From NCBI RefSeq assembly GCF_006345805.1, contig NC_043002.1, positions 83,452,001 to 83,516,000 on the forward strand: 64,000 nucleotides of DNA. Direction: 5' to 3'. How positions within the stretch are numbered: position 1 is the stretch's first letter; each line of letters begins with the position of its first letter. The DNA comes from Octopus sinensis. Its lineage: Eukaryota. A program made the translations under genes and the position numbers. The notes below the pieces were generated by a model, which was given only the letters and a program-made list of their open reading frames with translations, made no database searches and was not told the DNA's origin. This document shows positions 24,300 to 36,614 of this stretch, in pieces.

Positions 24300-26000
24300 T
24301 AATATACTGAGTTTCTCACGGCATTATTTATGATCATTAGTGTGTGTATAGAAGTGGTTCTTTTTTTTTTTTTTCTATTATTCTTCATACCACTTCCTGA
24401 ATAGTCAGACTGTTTGCACTTAGAAGTTATTTTGTTGGCCACTATAAACTACTAGCGGCCACTACTTAGTCTCAAAGCAACAACCTCGCAAGCAACTTCA
24501 ACACCATACTTAGGCCACAGCGCTTTAAAAACAAAACAAACAAACAAACAAAAAAATTGTCGCTGGCTTTCTTGTTCATTGCAATGAATCTATATTTTCA
24601 CCTATCAGTAATCCCTGGATAATCCTTAACCCGTGGATGTTTTAGCCATGCCAAAATATCGCATCAGCAATTCAACTCGTAACCACAGTCTTTCTTCTTA
24701 TTGTATCGTAGATGGCAGTGGTGGCGGCAACAGCAGTAATGAACAGCTCCCACAGTGGAAAACATACTGTAAGTAGAAAAAGTGTTTAAATTTAAATTGC
24801 ATCTCCGTTCATCATATAAACACGTCTTTTTTTTCCCCCTCTGTTACGATTCACTTCTTTAACTTTCTTTGTATCTTCGCTGTTTTTGAATTTTAGCATG
24901 AAAAAAAAATACGTATTTGTAATTGTTTATTACATCAAGTAAACAGATAAATTCATTTTTATTATGTTTCCTGATGAAGGATCTTTTAATTTATAAAAGT
25001 ATTTCGTTAGGATGAAAATTATTGGTTTTTTTTCATTCTTTATAAAATGTATATTTTGTTTTCCTTGATTCTTGTTTCTGAAAGGAAAAGCTGTGAGTGC
25101 GTGTGTATGTGTATTCCTGTATATTATGATCGTTGTGTGAGAGAGAGAAAGAGAGAGTGTATGTTCCACTGTATTGTGAAAGTGTTGTGTTTTCTGATTG
25201 TGTATATGTGTATATATGAACTTCTGTATTGTTTCTGATTGTATGTGTGTTAGTAATTGTTAGTAATCTGCCTACGAGTAACAAGTCACAAAATAAAAAT
25301 TAAAAAAAAGCAAAACAAATCTTTAACAGCCGCTTTTTATCAGTTTATTGAAATCCTTTGTTGTTGTTTTTTGTTTAGCCCTGGGTATTCTTATCAAGCG
25401 AACTTATAATCGCTGGGTTTCCAGCCGTGACAATCTCGTTCTTCTGTATGTAAAGAACTACTCACGACCACACTTTTTAAAGCAGTAGCATGTGAAAAAA
25501 GATTTTGCTGCTATGTCTAGCTAATTGAGTGGCCACCGCGTACCTCTCGTTTGGCGTGTGAAACCCATTGTGTGTATGTATATGTGTATTTCAAATGTAC
25601 CCCAGTTTATGATTTTTCTTTTGAGCGTGCTAAAAGATATTACCAAGTAGAGGATTTTGAGTACATATATAGTGTGGAATTTTTCCCGAACATGAACTTT
25701 CAGGTTATTTTATTGACAGTTATTTACATACTTTTGTGCGTGAGAACGTGTATAAAAAATAATGAATGGATCCTCCATTGATTTTCGACGGGTATTGTGA
25801 CTGTTCAATCAACGAAACTCATTGAATTATGGTTATGAATGGTAGAGTATCCCACAGGTAACGTAATCCTCTGGTAAAATCCAATCTGACATACATTGTG
25901 TAACGAGGTCTAGGCTGGCTCTTTGAATTAAAAATAAAGCCCAGTCAATTTTGGCGGTTGTGTTGTTGACGATTTATCACGGCTGACTAGACATTCATCT
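24300..26000 (+). promoter_or_regulatory. CpG-retaining zone around the candidate exon (possible promoter or 5' region)
   Basis: Rough by-eye counts: about 14-18 CG per 600 bp here versus about 2-5 in unique sequence at 4.8, 37.8 and 40.2 kb. Confidence 0.35.
24648..24768 (+). CDS. Candidate first coding exon of an unidentified host gene (MPKYRISNSTRNHSLSSYCIVDGSGGGNSSNEQLPQWKTY, phase-1 donor)
   Basis: GCCATG start context, 40 open codons plus 1 nt, then a GTAAGT donor at 24769. A possible upstream acceptor (TATTTTCACCTATCAG) ends at 24608. An overlapping frame from ATG 24712 (MAVVAATAVMNSSHSGKHT, phase 0) uses the same donor. The region is unique and CpG-retaining. No homology recognised and no downstream exon identified. 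Confidence 0.4.
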
Positions 26001-26197
26001 TGTTTTGATGTCAGTATGTTTTAATACTAGAGGCACTCCGATGAGGGTTCCAGTTGATCCAATCAACGGAACAGCTTGCTCGCGAAATTAACGTACAAGT
26101 GGCTGAGCACTTTAGAGAGACACCTACCCTTAATGTAGTTCTCGAGGAGATTCAGTTTGACACATACTGTGACAAGGCTGGCCCTTTGAAATACATA

Positions 26198-26420
26198 TTT
26201 CTTTACCACCCACAAGGGGCTAAACACAGAGGGGACAAACAAGGACAGACAAACGGATTAAGTCGATTATATCGACCCCAGTGCGTAACTGGTACTTAAT
26301 TTATCGACCCCGAAAGGATGAAAGGCAAAGTCGACCTCGGCGGAATTTGAACTCAGAACGTAACGGCAGACGAAATACGGCTACGCATTTCGCCCAGCGT
26401 GCTAACGACTCTGCCAGCAC
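26198..26420 (-). mobile_element. tRNA-derived SINE, family D (central GCCTTTCATCCTTTCGGGGTCGATAAA domain, MetaSINE-like)
   Basis: Shared with 35932-36166 (-), 53277-53502 (+) and decayed copies near 7470, 13370, 15085, 47270 and 55310. The domain name is from memory. Confidence 0.8.
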
Positions 26421-27089
26421 AAACACTAGTCGTTTTTGCCAGCTGAGTGGATTGAAGCAACGTGAAATAAAGTGTCTTGCTCAATGACACAACACGCCAC
26501 CAGGAATCGAACGCACTGCCTTACGATCATGAGCCGAATATCCAAACCACGAAGTCACGCCTTCACAGGCACTGGCATGCACATGCGAAATATACACATG
26601 GTGATTATTGAATGAGTGAGGGAGAAAGAGAAAGTCATTACAGTTTATTAATTGAACACGACTGATAAACACCTCATACCCAGAGAAATATGCTCGCGCA
26701 CATAAGCAGAGAGAGAAGGAGCGAAAGAAAGAAAGAACCATTAAAACATCTCATGTTAAATAAGTCAACTTTGAACCAGCAATGCCAATACAACTCATAC
26801 CCTCAGTTTGGACAGAAGACCCATAAACCTCATGTCTTGTGATGAGATCTCACTCTGTGCATGGAAAAATGTGTATATAAACACACACACACACATATAT
26901 ATGATACCTGTGCTGGTGGCATGTAAAAAGCACCATCTGAACGTGGCTGATGGCAGTAATCCCTCACCATATCGTGGTTCACCTATTGTGGTTTTTTATT
27001 TAAGCTTACCCTGATTCCTCTGTGGTGGTGTTTTGCATTTATAATAAAATAAATGTATACAAATTATAAAAATAATTTAAAAAAATATA

Positions 27090-27468
27090 CCAGTGCCCGT
27101 GGCATATAAGAGGTCCATCCGAACATGGCCGTAGCCAGTACCGCATCGACTGGCCTCCGTGCTGGTGGCATGTAACAAACACCATCCGATCGTGGCCGTT
27201 GCCAGCCTCGCCTGGCCTCCGTGCCGGTGGCACGTAAAAAGCACCATCCGAGCGTGGCCATTCGCCAGCCTCGTCTGGCACCTGTGTCAGTGGCACATAA
27301 AAAGCACCCATTACACTCACGGAGTGGTTGGCGTTAGGAAGGGCATCCAGCTGTAGAAACACTGCCAGATCTGACTGGCCTGGTGCAGCCTTCGGGCTTC
27401 CCAAACCCCAGTTGAACCGTCCAACCCATGCTAGTATGGAAAGCGGACGTTAAATGATGATGATGATG
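27090..27468 (+). mobile_element. Family E element
   Basis: 4 subrepeats plus core plus (GAT)n tail. Confidence 0.85.
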
Positions 27469-27782
27469 AGTACTGTTTCTACTTCATGGATTTTCACGTA
27501 TCGCAAGGGTTTTTAGAACGTGACACCTGCTATAGTCAAGGGATTACTGTATATACACAAGGCAGATGCTGATCACCAAACACAGTTCTATCTATGTTTG
27601 TCATCTTAAGACCAACTGATTTGGTGGTTGGAAGGGTCATCCAATATGGCACAGTTTGGTGACTGATATATCCATCTATATCCATCTATCTTTAAAAAAA
27701 TTCTAATTTGTTGACTACTACACCTTTTCTTTCTTGTTTTCTCTAACATTCCGATGATGTTTGGAAACAAATATAGTGATAT

Positions 27783-28198
27783 AGGCACAGGAGTGGCTGT
27801 GTGGTAAGTAGCTTGCTTACCAACCACATGGTTCTGGGTTCAGTCCCACTGCGTGGAACCTTGGGCAAGTGTCTTCTACTATAGCCTCGGGCCAACCAAA
27901 GCCTTGTGAGTGGATTTGGTAGACGGAAACTGAAAGAAGCCCGTCATATATATGTGTGTATATATATATATGTGTGTGTGTGTGCGTGTATGTTTGTGTC
28001 TGTGTTTGTCCCCCTAGCATTGCTTGACAACCAATGCTGGTGTGTTTATGTCCCCGTCACTTAGCGGTTCGGCAAAAGAGACCGATAGAATAAGTACTAG
28101 GCTTACAAAGAATAAGTCCCGGGGTCGAGTTGCTCGATTAAAGGCAGTGCTCCAGCATGGTCGCAGTCAAAATGACTGAAACAAATAAAAGAGAGTAT
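27783..28198 (+). mobile_element. tRNA-derived SINE, family A
   Basis: Full-length copy. Confidence 0.9.
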
Positions 28199-28263
28199 TA
28201 CAGTACTTCCATTTACCATAAGAGCAGCCAAATCTCCCTAAAAATCATACATTGGATCTTAAA

Positions 28264-28478
28264 CCCTTTAGTGTTCAGGTTTCTATATCAGCTGTAATGT
28301 GTATTTATTCACATTGTTTTGAATATATTCTGCATTATTTGTAGCCTCGAGATTTTGATATAGTTGTTTATGTTCAAAATGACATTCTAGGGTAGGTGTG
28401 AGATGTCAGATCTAGCCAGTTTGAACATTAAACATGTAGAATATTTTGGCTGGATATGGCCAGTTTAAATGCTAAAGG
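28264..28478. mobile_element. piggyBac-type MITE (family 1)
   Basis: CCCTTTAG start, CTAAAGG end, TTAA-like flanks, shared CCAGTTTGAACAT core. Confidence 0.7.
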
Positions 28479-29061
28479 TTAAACAATGGAAAGGAGAACA
28501 ACTCATTGGATAATAATAGTCACTGATGTACAAAAAGTTGAGATTGGGATCTTTTCAGTTGCTGTCACAAATTTCATACTTTCTCTGTTTTGTTCTAATT
28601 GTTTTCAAATTTGGTTTTACGGATTTAGTTTTGTATGCTAATTATGAAAATGAAATCTATTCTGGTTATATGTTAATAAATAGAAAGTTAATTGCTTTTA
28701 AAATTTGCAAATTTTGGGAAATTTTAGCTAATTGAAAGCCAATGTGATATTGTACAGACCACTAATCTCACATTGGTATCTGTTTGCATAATAATAGGCA
28801 AAGCTATAGTCTGCTCTGTTTTCATTGTAACAAGGATACTGTACATGTGTGACTTTCGATTCCTTGTGTTTTGATTGGCTAAAAATGATAAAATTATTAT
28901 TTTTTTTGTGGAATAAATGGAAATTTACATCTAAATACCAAATTTGAAAATTTTCACTTAATTTTAGAATTGCAATTGAAAAAATCCCGAGATTGACATG
29001 ACTGTAATTCCTTTGATTCATCGGTCAGCACAATCAGGCTGACCTCCATCTAAACAATAAT

Positions 29062-29500
29062 GGGATCTTTTCGGTTTGACCGGTAGTTTTTTAAAATAAT
29101 TTCCACGTAACTAAACACTTTTAAACTTTGTATACTGGTAGAATGTGTTTATAAAACATCTTTTTCTCTTGGCTTTATTGTGAAAATTCTATAGTTTGTA
29201 AGATATTTGTTGTTTTTTTTTCTTCAATTTCTGCAATTTCAACCAGTCAATGACATCTATTGTGGTGAAAACATTCTGTGCCGTATGAATATGTCCCTCG
29301 TTTAAGAAACAGATTGGGTTTATTTACATTTGTGAAGAAAAAAGATACCCTTTTCCTCACCCCTAACCCTAACTAACCCTTACTAACCCTAACCCTAAAA
29401 CAGATTGAAATGCAATAGATCGATACTAGGGTCATAATTATGGGTGACAATTTCATATGACACCGCTAGAAAAAACTGCCGGTCAAACCGAAAAGATCCC
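29062..29500. mobile_element. Non-autonomous TIR DNA transposon with internal degenerate telomere-like repeats
   Basis: 31-bp TIRs GGGATCTTTTCGGTTTGACCGG(T/C)AGTTTTTT, AATAAT directly on both flanks, and CCCTAA variants at about 29361-29398. Confidence 0.85.
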
Positions 29501-29789
29501 AATAATGTACTGCCCATTATTTATAAATGTGTATATTTGTGTATGTGTGTCTATAATTATACATACATTAAACTCCTAAATGGAAGCAACATGTGAGGAA
29601 AAACAAAAGTAGGAAGAAAACCTCAATCTGTGCTGCTATATTGGATATCTCACCATGATAATAAAATGTAATGGGAATAACGAGTTTACACCCTAACCAA
29701 TTACACTTTATGCAAAAAAATTACAAACCTCTATAGTGATTCTTCATACCAAGCACTTGAGGGAATGCTAATTACTTTAAACCATCTAC

Positions 29790-30195
29790 TTAGGATGCTG
29801 AGTGAAAAACTTTGATGTTGTAGAAAAATATTTAAGCGAACCAATATAAATCTCAAATTTGCTTCCAATCCAAGAGATGAGAAAGAAAAACATAACTGTT
29901 AAGAAACTCCTTTCACAAGATCTTGAATTTATTTAAGTCTAAGATCTGAAATGAAAAGAGAGATTTTAACTAAAATGCATTGTGGCTAAATATAAAGAAT
30001 TCCCCCTGTTATTGAATATACATCAACACAAAGAATGTTAATGGAACATTTCCATAAAAACTTTACCAAGTGCAACATAGCAGCATGGATATAATTTGTG
30101 ACAGACAAAAAAACAAAATAAAAAGTGTAGATACTGTCATAGAGGTCAGCTGTCCTCCTCATGTGAATATCACTTCAAAATCAAAGAGAAAGAAG
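29790..30195 (+). pseudogene. Degenerate hAT (Charlie/Buster-like) transposase C-terminal region
   Basis: Frameshifted pieces LWLNIK / KEFPLL and MDIICDRQKNKIKSVDTVIEVSCPPHVNITSKSKRKK loosely follow the hAT dimerisation-domain pattern. Many stops. Confidence 0.35.
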
Positions 30196-30218
30196 GTAAC
30201 TATAGACAACTGCTTTAA

Positions 30219-30437
30219 TCCTTTAGTGTTCTGATTATTCTATCAAACATAATGCTAAATGATTCACATTAATTTGATTTAATCATGCATTATCTCATAT
30301 CTTCAAGATTTTGATGGTGTAATTACCTAATGTAGAATAACATTGTAGGGTAGGTGTGAGAGGCTGGATCTGGTCAGTTTGAACATAAAACAGATTAAAT
30401 ATTTTGGCCGGATATGGCCGGTTTAAATACTAAAGGG
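30219..30437. mobile_element. piggyBac-type MITE (family 1)
   Basis: TTAA flanks, CTAAAGGG end, shared internal core. Confidence 0.75.
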
Positions 30438-31944
30438 TTAAAACCTTCAGCATTTATACCTAGATTAGTGCACTTGGTTTTGTGAGTTACAATCTGGAAA
30501 AGCTGGGGTTTTCAGAAAAAGAAATTAACCAGCTAACACAAATATTGCAAGTACTGTTTAAGCGGAACAGTAAAAATATGCAAGATTTGTCTCAAATTCA
30601 ACATGTGACATTGTTTTTGTTATGTACATTTCAACAATGGAGCTTTGTATCTTTGTTAGAAAGTGGATCCTTCCTTACAGGAAGTCTTCAAACAGTTAAA
30701 AGTGGAAGAGAATATACATACATGCACACACGTACACACACACACACACACGCATTTGAGTATAAATGAATACTTGTGTTTACAGACATGAGTAAAAGCG
30801 CACTCAATACAAAAAGAGATGTTTAATTTAAAATTTTAATAATATACATGTAGATGTTTTATAAGTGCCGACATGGCTGTCTTGTAAGAAGTTTGCTTCC
30901 CAGCTTTGGTTCAGACCTACTGAATGGCACCTTGCGCAGTTGTCTTCTATATCCCTGTGCAAACAAAAGCCTTGTGAGTGGATTTGGTAGACAGAAATTG
31001 AAAGAAGAATGTTGTGTGTGTGTGTATGGGTGCCCCTCCGCAAAAAAATCTCAAATTTTATTTAATTTGCTTTTCGCGGGAAGGAAAGTTTCAGTCGAAG
31101 ATACGTCTCACCTTCACCTTTGAAACGCAGAGTAGATGAAACCATGGCGACTGAAGAAGGGGAATTTTCCTTGTGTTATTTGTCGTGTACTCTATTTTTT
31201 CGTTGTTTAAGAAAAATGTCCATTTCCTTGGTTTTGTGTTTATGTTTTCTTTTCTCATTGTGTTCGAAGTTTTTTTGGTGTCCTGTACCCATATATGCAT
31301 GTATATATACATGTAGATGTAGGTACGTACATATATGTATGTATATATGCATATGTTTTATTTATTAATTTGTTATTACACGACAGAACGCACGCATCCA
31401 TTTCTAAGTAAGTTTGTTCTATATATATATATATATATATATAAGAAATAATTAAGATTCAGTTGAGTCAGGTTCTTAAGTTGAGGCACCAAGTCAGTCA
31501 AGTACAGCTCAAAGTTTAGGTGAATATTTTCATTCACACACACACACACACATATGTGTGTGTGTGTAATTTTGGGGGATTAATGGATATGTGTCAATTA
31601 GTGTGTTGAGTAAAGCATGTTCACAGTTTGGGCTACCTGGTGTCATCCACAGTTGGGGTATATTTCTGCTGGATCTACTTCGGGAATTCCACAGTGTTAG
31701 TTGAGATAGTAATAATTGATGAAGGAAACAGAAGATAGATTTGGTTCTTGTCTTTATTCAGTACAATGATCATTTCGACTCATCCTGCAACTGTCTATCA
31801 TGGGTAGGATTTTTGTGCAACTAGCTGTGTTGCATCAAGATACATAACCAAGATACAGCAGGTACAAACAACATGCCTGGGACATCCCTTCTTTATGCAT
31901 GTACCTAATCCTATCCATAACGGACAGTTGCATCATTTATTAAT

Positions 31945-32368
31945 ATATATATATATTAACAGAATGAGATAAAAAAAATCCAAGGCTGTGAATAGTTTTC
32001 AGAATATTTATAAAGAGAAAATCTTACAGCTGTTTCCGGGATATTTTATATATCCTTTCATCAGAGACGGTGCAAGGAAAGGTTTAAGTAATAGTTATAG
32101 AGAAGATATGAAATACAGAGTGAAGTGGAAGAATAAGAACAGACGTGAAATAATGAAAACAGCAGTTCCATTATTTAAGCAGAATGGTATATATGATGTG
32201 TTTCCTGTACCTTTATATATATATATATATATACATGCTAATACATGACCTACATTGGACTCCTCATTCTTATCCTTATCGAACCTGGGGCTTAACTATA
32301 GTCTGTCCATAGGACTTACTCAGCATTACCTGATACCTTTGGGTCTTCTTGACACCAATACCTTTCAA

Positions 32369-32375
<7 letters not shown>
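31945..32375 (-). mobile_element. Penelope-like element remnant embedded in (TA)n
   Basis: Shares blocks with 23355-23738 (ATCCAAGGC, TTTATAAAGAGAAA, CTTACAGCTGTTTC, GCAGTTCCATTAT, TTTGGGTCTTCT), carries the hammerhead motif and is flanked by microsatellites. The family assignment is inferred from the ribozyme motif. Confidence 0.45.
32021..32068 (-). ncRNA. Minimal type I hammerhead ribozyme motif in a Penelope-like remnant
   Basis: The minus strand reads GTCT-CTGATGA-AA-GGATAT-ATAAA-ATATCC-CG-GAAAC-AGCT-GTA-AGAT. Both core boxes are present, with a 6-bp stem II, palindromic stem III (ACAGCTGT), a GUA triplet and a 4-bp stem I (GUCU/AGAU). Confidence 0.5.
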
Positions 32376-32407
<32 letters not shown>

Positions 32408-32607
32408 CAACTGGCGTTGGTTTATGTCCTGTAAATAATAAGTGCTGGGGTCAATTTGTTTGACTAAAACCCTTCAAGGCAGTGCTCTAGAATGGTTGCA
32501 GTCTAATGATTGCAACAAGAAGTAAAGGATATTAGAGTCTTGGAGTGATTGGCGAAAGGAAGGGTATCCTCCTGTAGAAACTATGCCAAATCCGACTGGA
32601 ACCTGGT

Positions 32608-32990
32608 GCAGCTGTGTGGTAAGTAGATTGTTTACAAACCACATGGTTCCGGGTTCAGTCCCACTGCGTGACACCTTGGGCAAGTGCCTTCTACTATAGC
32701 CTCGGGCCGCCCAAAGCCTTGTGAGTGGATTTGGTAGACAGAAACTGAAAGAAGCCCGTTGTATATATGTATATATATATATATGTATGTGTGTGTGTTT
32801 GTATTTGTCCCCCTAGCATTGCTTGACAATCGATGCTGGTGTGTTTATGTCCCCGTCACTTAGCGGTTCGGCAAAAGAGACCGATAGAACAAGTACTGGG
32901 CTTACAAAGAATAAGTCCCGGGGTTGAGTTGCTCAATTAAAGGCGGTGCTTCAGCATGGCCGCAGTCAAATCACTGAAACAAGTAAAAAA
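32608..32990 (+). mobile_element. tRNA-derived SINE, family A
   Basis: Near full-length copy. Confidence 0.9.
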
Positions 32991-33189
32991 AAAAATGTGT
33001 GTGTGTGTATATATACATATGTACATATCCATGCGTGTATACATATATGTAAGCCACTGTGTGTATGTGCATGTTTAAATGTGTCTACTCACGCACACAC
33101 ACACATATATTCACATGTGAGTGTGTCTAGTTATCCGGTGGTTGGCTTTGATCAATGACTTGTGTGTATATGTGTGTATGTGTGTGTGT

Positions 33190-33575
33190 GATAGGCACAG
33201 GTATGGCTGTATGGTTAAGAAGCTTGCTCCCTATTCAATGTGGTTTGGGGATCAGCCTTTCTGTGCAGCACCTTGAGTATGTGTCTTTAGGGCTGACTAA
33301 AGTGTTTTGTGAGAGGATTGGGAAGACAGTAAAATGCGTGTTCTTGTGTCATCACATCATACGATGGTTCTTAGCAAGTGTCACTGTCATGTGTGCAAGA
33401 TTGTTCATGACTAATCTTCCATGAAAAACCTGTCTGTCCATGGCGGGGAGGGAATATTATCTTGTGTGGAAACAGGTGAGGATTGGCGACTGGAACCGCA
33501 TCTGGCCATAGAAAATCCTGCCTCAACAAATTCTGTCTGACCTATGCAAGCATGGGAAAGTGGATGCATGATGAG
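33190..33575 (+). mobile_element. SINE with the family-A head and an RTE-like 3' tail (similar copies near 930-1275, 36270-37120 and 51825-52170)
   Basis: Same tRNA-like head as family A. The 3' half is GGAAACAGGTGAGG(A/G)TTGG...AGGAAGGGCATC...CATGCAAGCATGGAAAAG followed by (GAT)n. Confidence 0.65.
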
Positions 33576-33706
33576 GATGTAGTAGCAGTAGTAGTAGCAT
33601 CATCATCATCATCACCACCATCATCTTCTCCTCCTCCTCCTCCTTCTTCTTCTTCTTCTTCTTCTTCTTCTTCTTCTTCTTCTTCTTCTTCAACTGCTGC
33701 TGCTGC
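33570..33706. repeat. Compound trinucleotide repeat (GTA/CAT/CAC/CCT/CTT/CTG)
   Basis: Directly visible. Confidence 0.9.
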
Positions 33707-35931
33707 CAGCCAATTCATTGCATGCTCTTAATGATTAAATATCTCATTTGGATAAGCTAAAGTTGTATTGTCTCTGGAATACTTTGTGTGTGTGTGTGTG
33801 AGGGGGGAGAACTACAGAAAGAGAATCATTTTTTATTTCATCAGCCTTCATAAATTATTACTCCCCATCTTTCTACGACAAAGTGTGTGTACATGTGTGA
33901 ATGTGCATGATCCATTGGGATACTACTGAAGGCAATTGTTGTTTAGCGTTAAATCAACTTTGATGAAGGAGACCTATGACCAACTATGCCTTCGAGGTTG
34001 TGACCATTCTGTCTTTTTACAGGTTTGTGGGACCACATCTAATGTTTCCTCGTCCTTTCTTTATCCAAGACAATAGAATGTGATTTGAGCAAAATATAGC
34101 TACTATTTCTAGCAAGTCGAACACACCTAGAGACGCACTATAGAGATACACTTTGAAGTCTCATTTCACATATGTGATCATAGCAAGATATATCTGGGTT
34201 TTACCTTTACTCTCTAAACAGCACACATACTAATTATACAGTGTTGTCACTACTTACAAGTGGGAACAGTGCCCCTTCTGTGCACTTAATTATACAGCTG
34301 AGATGGACTGGGTCATTAATCTTTTACTATGTTTTGCTGGGGACCTACCGCAGTATAGTGCTGGTTATATGGGATACAAATCTTTGATACTTCATCTGCT
34401 AGACTGGCACCCCACTGTCTTAGAGAACTGTATTTCATGCATGTATGCAGGTGTTTTAAGGCACAGAGAAAGAGAGAGAGATTTACTGATGTTTTACATA
34501 TTATTTTGTTAACATATTTTGCAGTGAATGGACTACTCTGTAAAGGAGTGGCTTGCTTCTTTAGTTATTGCTAAACCCCAGGTAAACTCTTTAAGATGAA
34601 ACTAATCAAAGGCATTCCAACATTTGTTTCTAACTTTGGACTTAGTGCATGTACTTGGCACTATATCATTCAAATTGTCCCTTAAAAAAAAAGGTAAAAA
34701 GTTGTAGGGTCCAGGTTTTAGGAAGATTTGGTAGGTATTTCTAGCATTGTGCATGTCTGCATTGAGGCTCCCTTGCTAGCTCATGCCACTTCAGTATATT
34801 ATCTGGTGGATCATTCTAGTTAGATGTAAAAGAACAAGAAATTGGGTGTGTTCTTCCACTTAGTTTTGAATTGCAGTCATATAGTCATCTTAATTAAGAC
34901 TGCTTTTTTTTCCATTTTTTTTTTTTAGAAGTTGATGTTTTATTTAGAAATAACTGATGTTTTCTATTAGTCTGCTCACACATACATATATATATATAGA
35001 TATTAAAATTTAGAATGAATAGGTTGCTAGTTACTTTCACTGAAAGTAGTACACAAAATTTGTTGACTTTGATTCATCAATTTATTAAATAGTATAATCA
35101 TCGTCATCAGCATCATTATCATCTTTACATCCATTTTTTTTTTCCATGCTGGCAAGAGTAAGTGAACATTATATATTTAGGCAGTTTCCTACATACAGCT
35201 GGATATCCTTCTTGCTAACCCTCACTTTTTGTTCAACTAATAATATTTTTGTCTTCTACAAACCATCCGCATGCAGTGGAGCTGGTGAGGTATGGGGAAT
35301 ATTGTCTATGACTGCTTTTGCACTTACATGGTCTCAGTTTGAAGCGACACAGAGACACACACGCACACACACATGAATGGATTTGGGGTGCTGAAAGGGT
35401 CATTTATCTGCTCACTTCAACATAACCATCTCTGAAACAATTAGCGAAAGCATGGTACATCTTACAAAACTATATCTTTCTTTAAATCCTGCCCATTGTT
35501 TTGTGTGCCTGTTCCACATGTCCCACAGAACATCTAGGTAAATACATAAGGTATAACTATATCAGTGGACCTTAGTAGTTATTAAAAATTTCCACTGATC
35601 CCTACATATCACTTCTGTCAAGTCATGACCAACTGTTTTTAGTGTTATCTCCCTGTCTCTGTCTGCTCAATTAAAAGTAGGTGGGAGGTGGAGACCTTCC
35701 CCTAGCAACTTTAGTTTTTGGTAAAATCTGGAATTTTAGAAAATCGATGTTTTGTCATTGTCATCATCATGTAATGTCTGCTCTCCATGCTGGCATGGGT
35801 TAGATGGTTTGACTCGAGCTGATGAGCTGCAGACCTGCACCAGATCCCAGTCTGATTTGGCATGGTTTCTACAGCTGGATGTCCTTTCTAACACCAACTA
35901 CTCCAGGAGTGTAATGAATGCTTTTATGTAC

Positions 35932-36166
35932 CTATTTCTTTACTGCTCACAAGGGGCTAAACACAGAGGGGACAAACAAGGACAGAGAAAGGGATTAAGT
36001 CAATCACATCGACCCCAGTGCATAACTGGTACTTAATTTATCGACCCTGAAAGGATGAAAGGCAAAGTCGACCTTGGCGGAATTTGAACTCACAACGTAA
36101 CGACAGACGAAATACCATTAAGCGTTTCGCCCGGGGTGCTAACGTCTCTGCCAGCTCGCTGCCTTA
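35932..36166 (-). mobile_element. tRNA-derived SINE, family D
   Basis: Full-length copy inserted in a family-E element. Confidence 0.85.
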
Positions 36167-36423
36167 TTAATGCTTTTATGTACCACCAGCATGGATGCCA
36201 TTTACAGGACACTGGAAGTCAGTAACAATTAGTTGGCAGAAGTTGAGCTTATGGGGGAATTTACTAAGTGATGAGTGCAGATGTGATTGTCAGGTTGAGA
36301 AGCTTGCTTCCCAATTATATACTTTTAGGTTCAGTTCCACTGCGTGGCACCTTGGGCTAGTGTCTTTTTTTATAGCCAAAGTTTTGTGAGTGGATTTGGT
36401 AGATGGAAACTGAGCAAAGCGTG

Positions 36424-36462
<39 letters not shown>

Positions 36463-36569
36463 CACACACACACACAATCATAACTAAGTGTGACAATGCT
36501 GTAGGAAGAGTGCAGACTTAATGATGATTGAATTTTTCCTTTATGGTATCACACTGCACATAGCTGTTT

Positions 36570-36612
<43 letters not shown>

Positions 36613-36614
<2 letters not shown>

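Noticed and set aside
31111-31170. GAAAC...GTA...CTGAAGA arrangement resembling a type II hammerhead
   Set aside because: Stem I cannot be formed convincingly in this copy. It is probably a repeat remnant (about 31030-31340), left unclassified.
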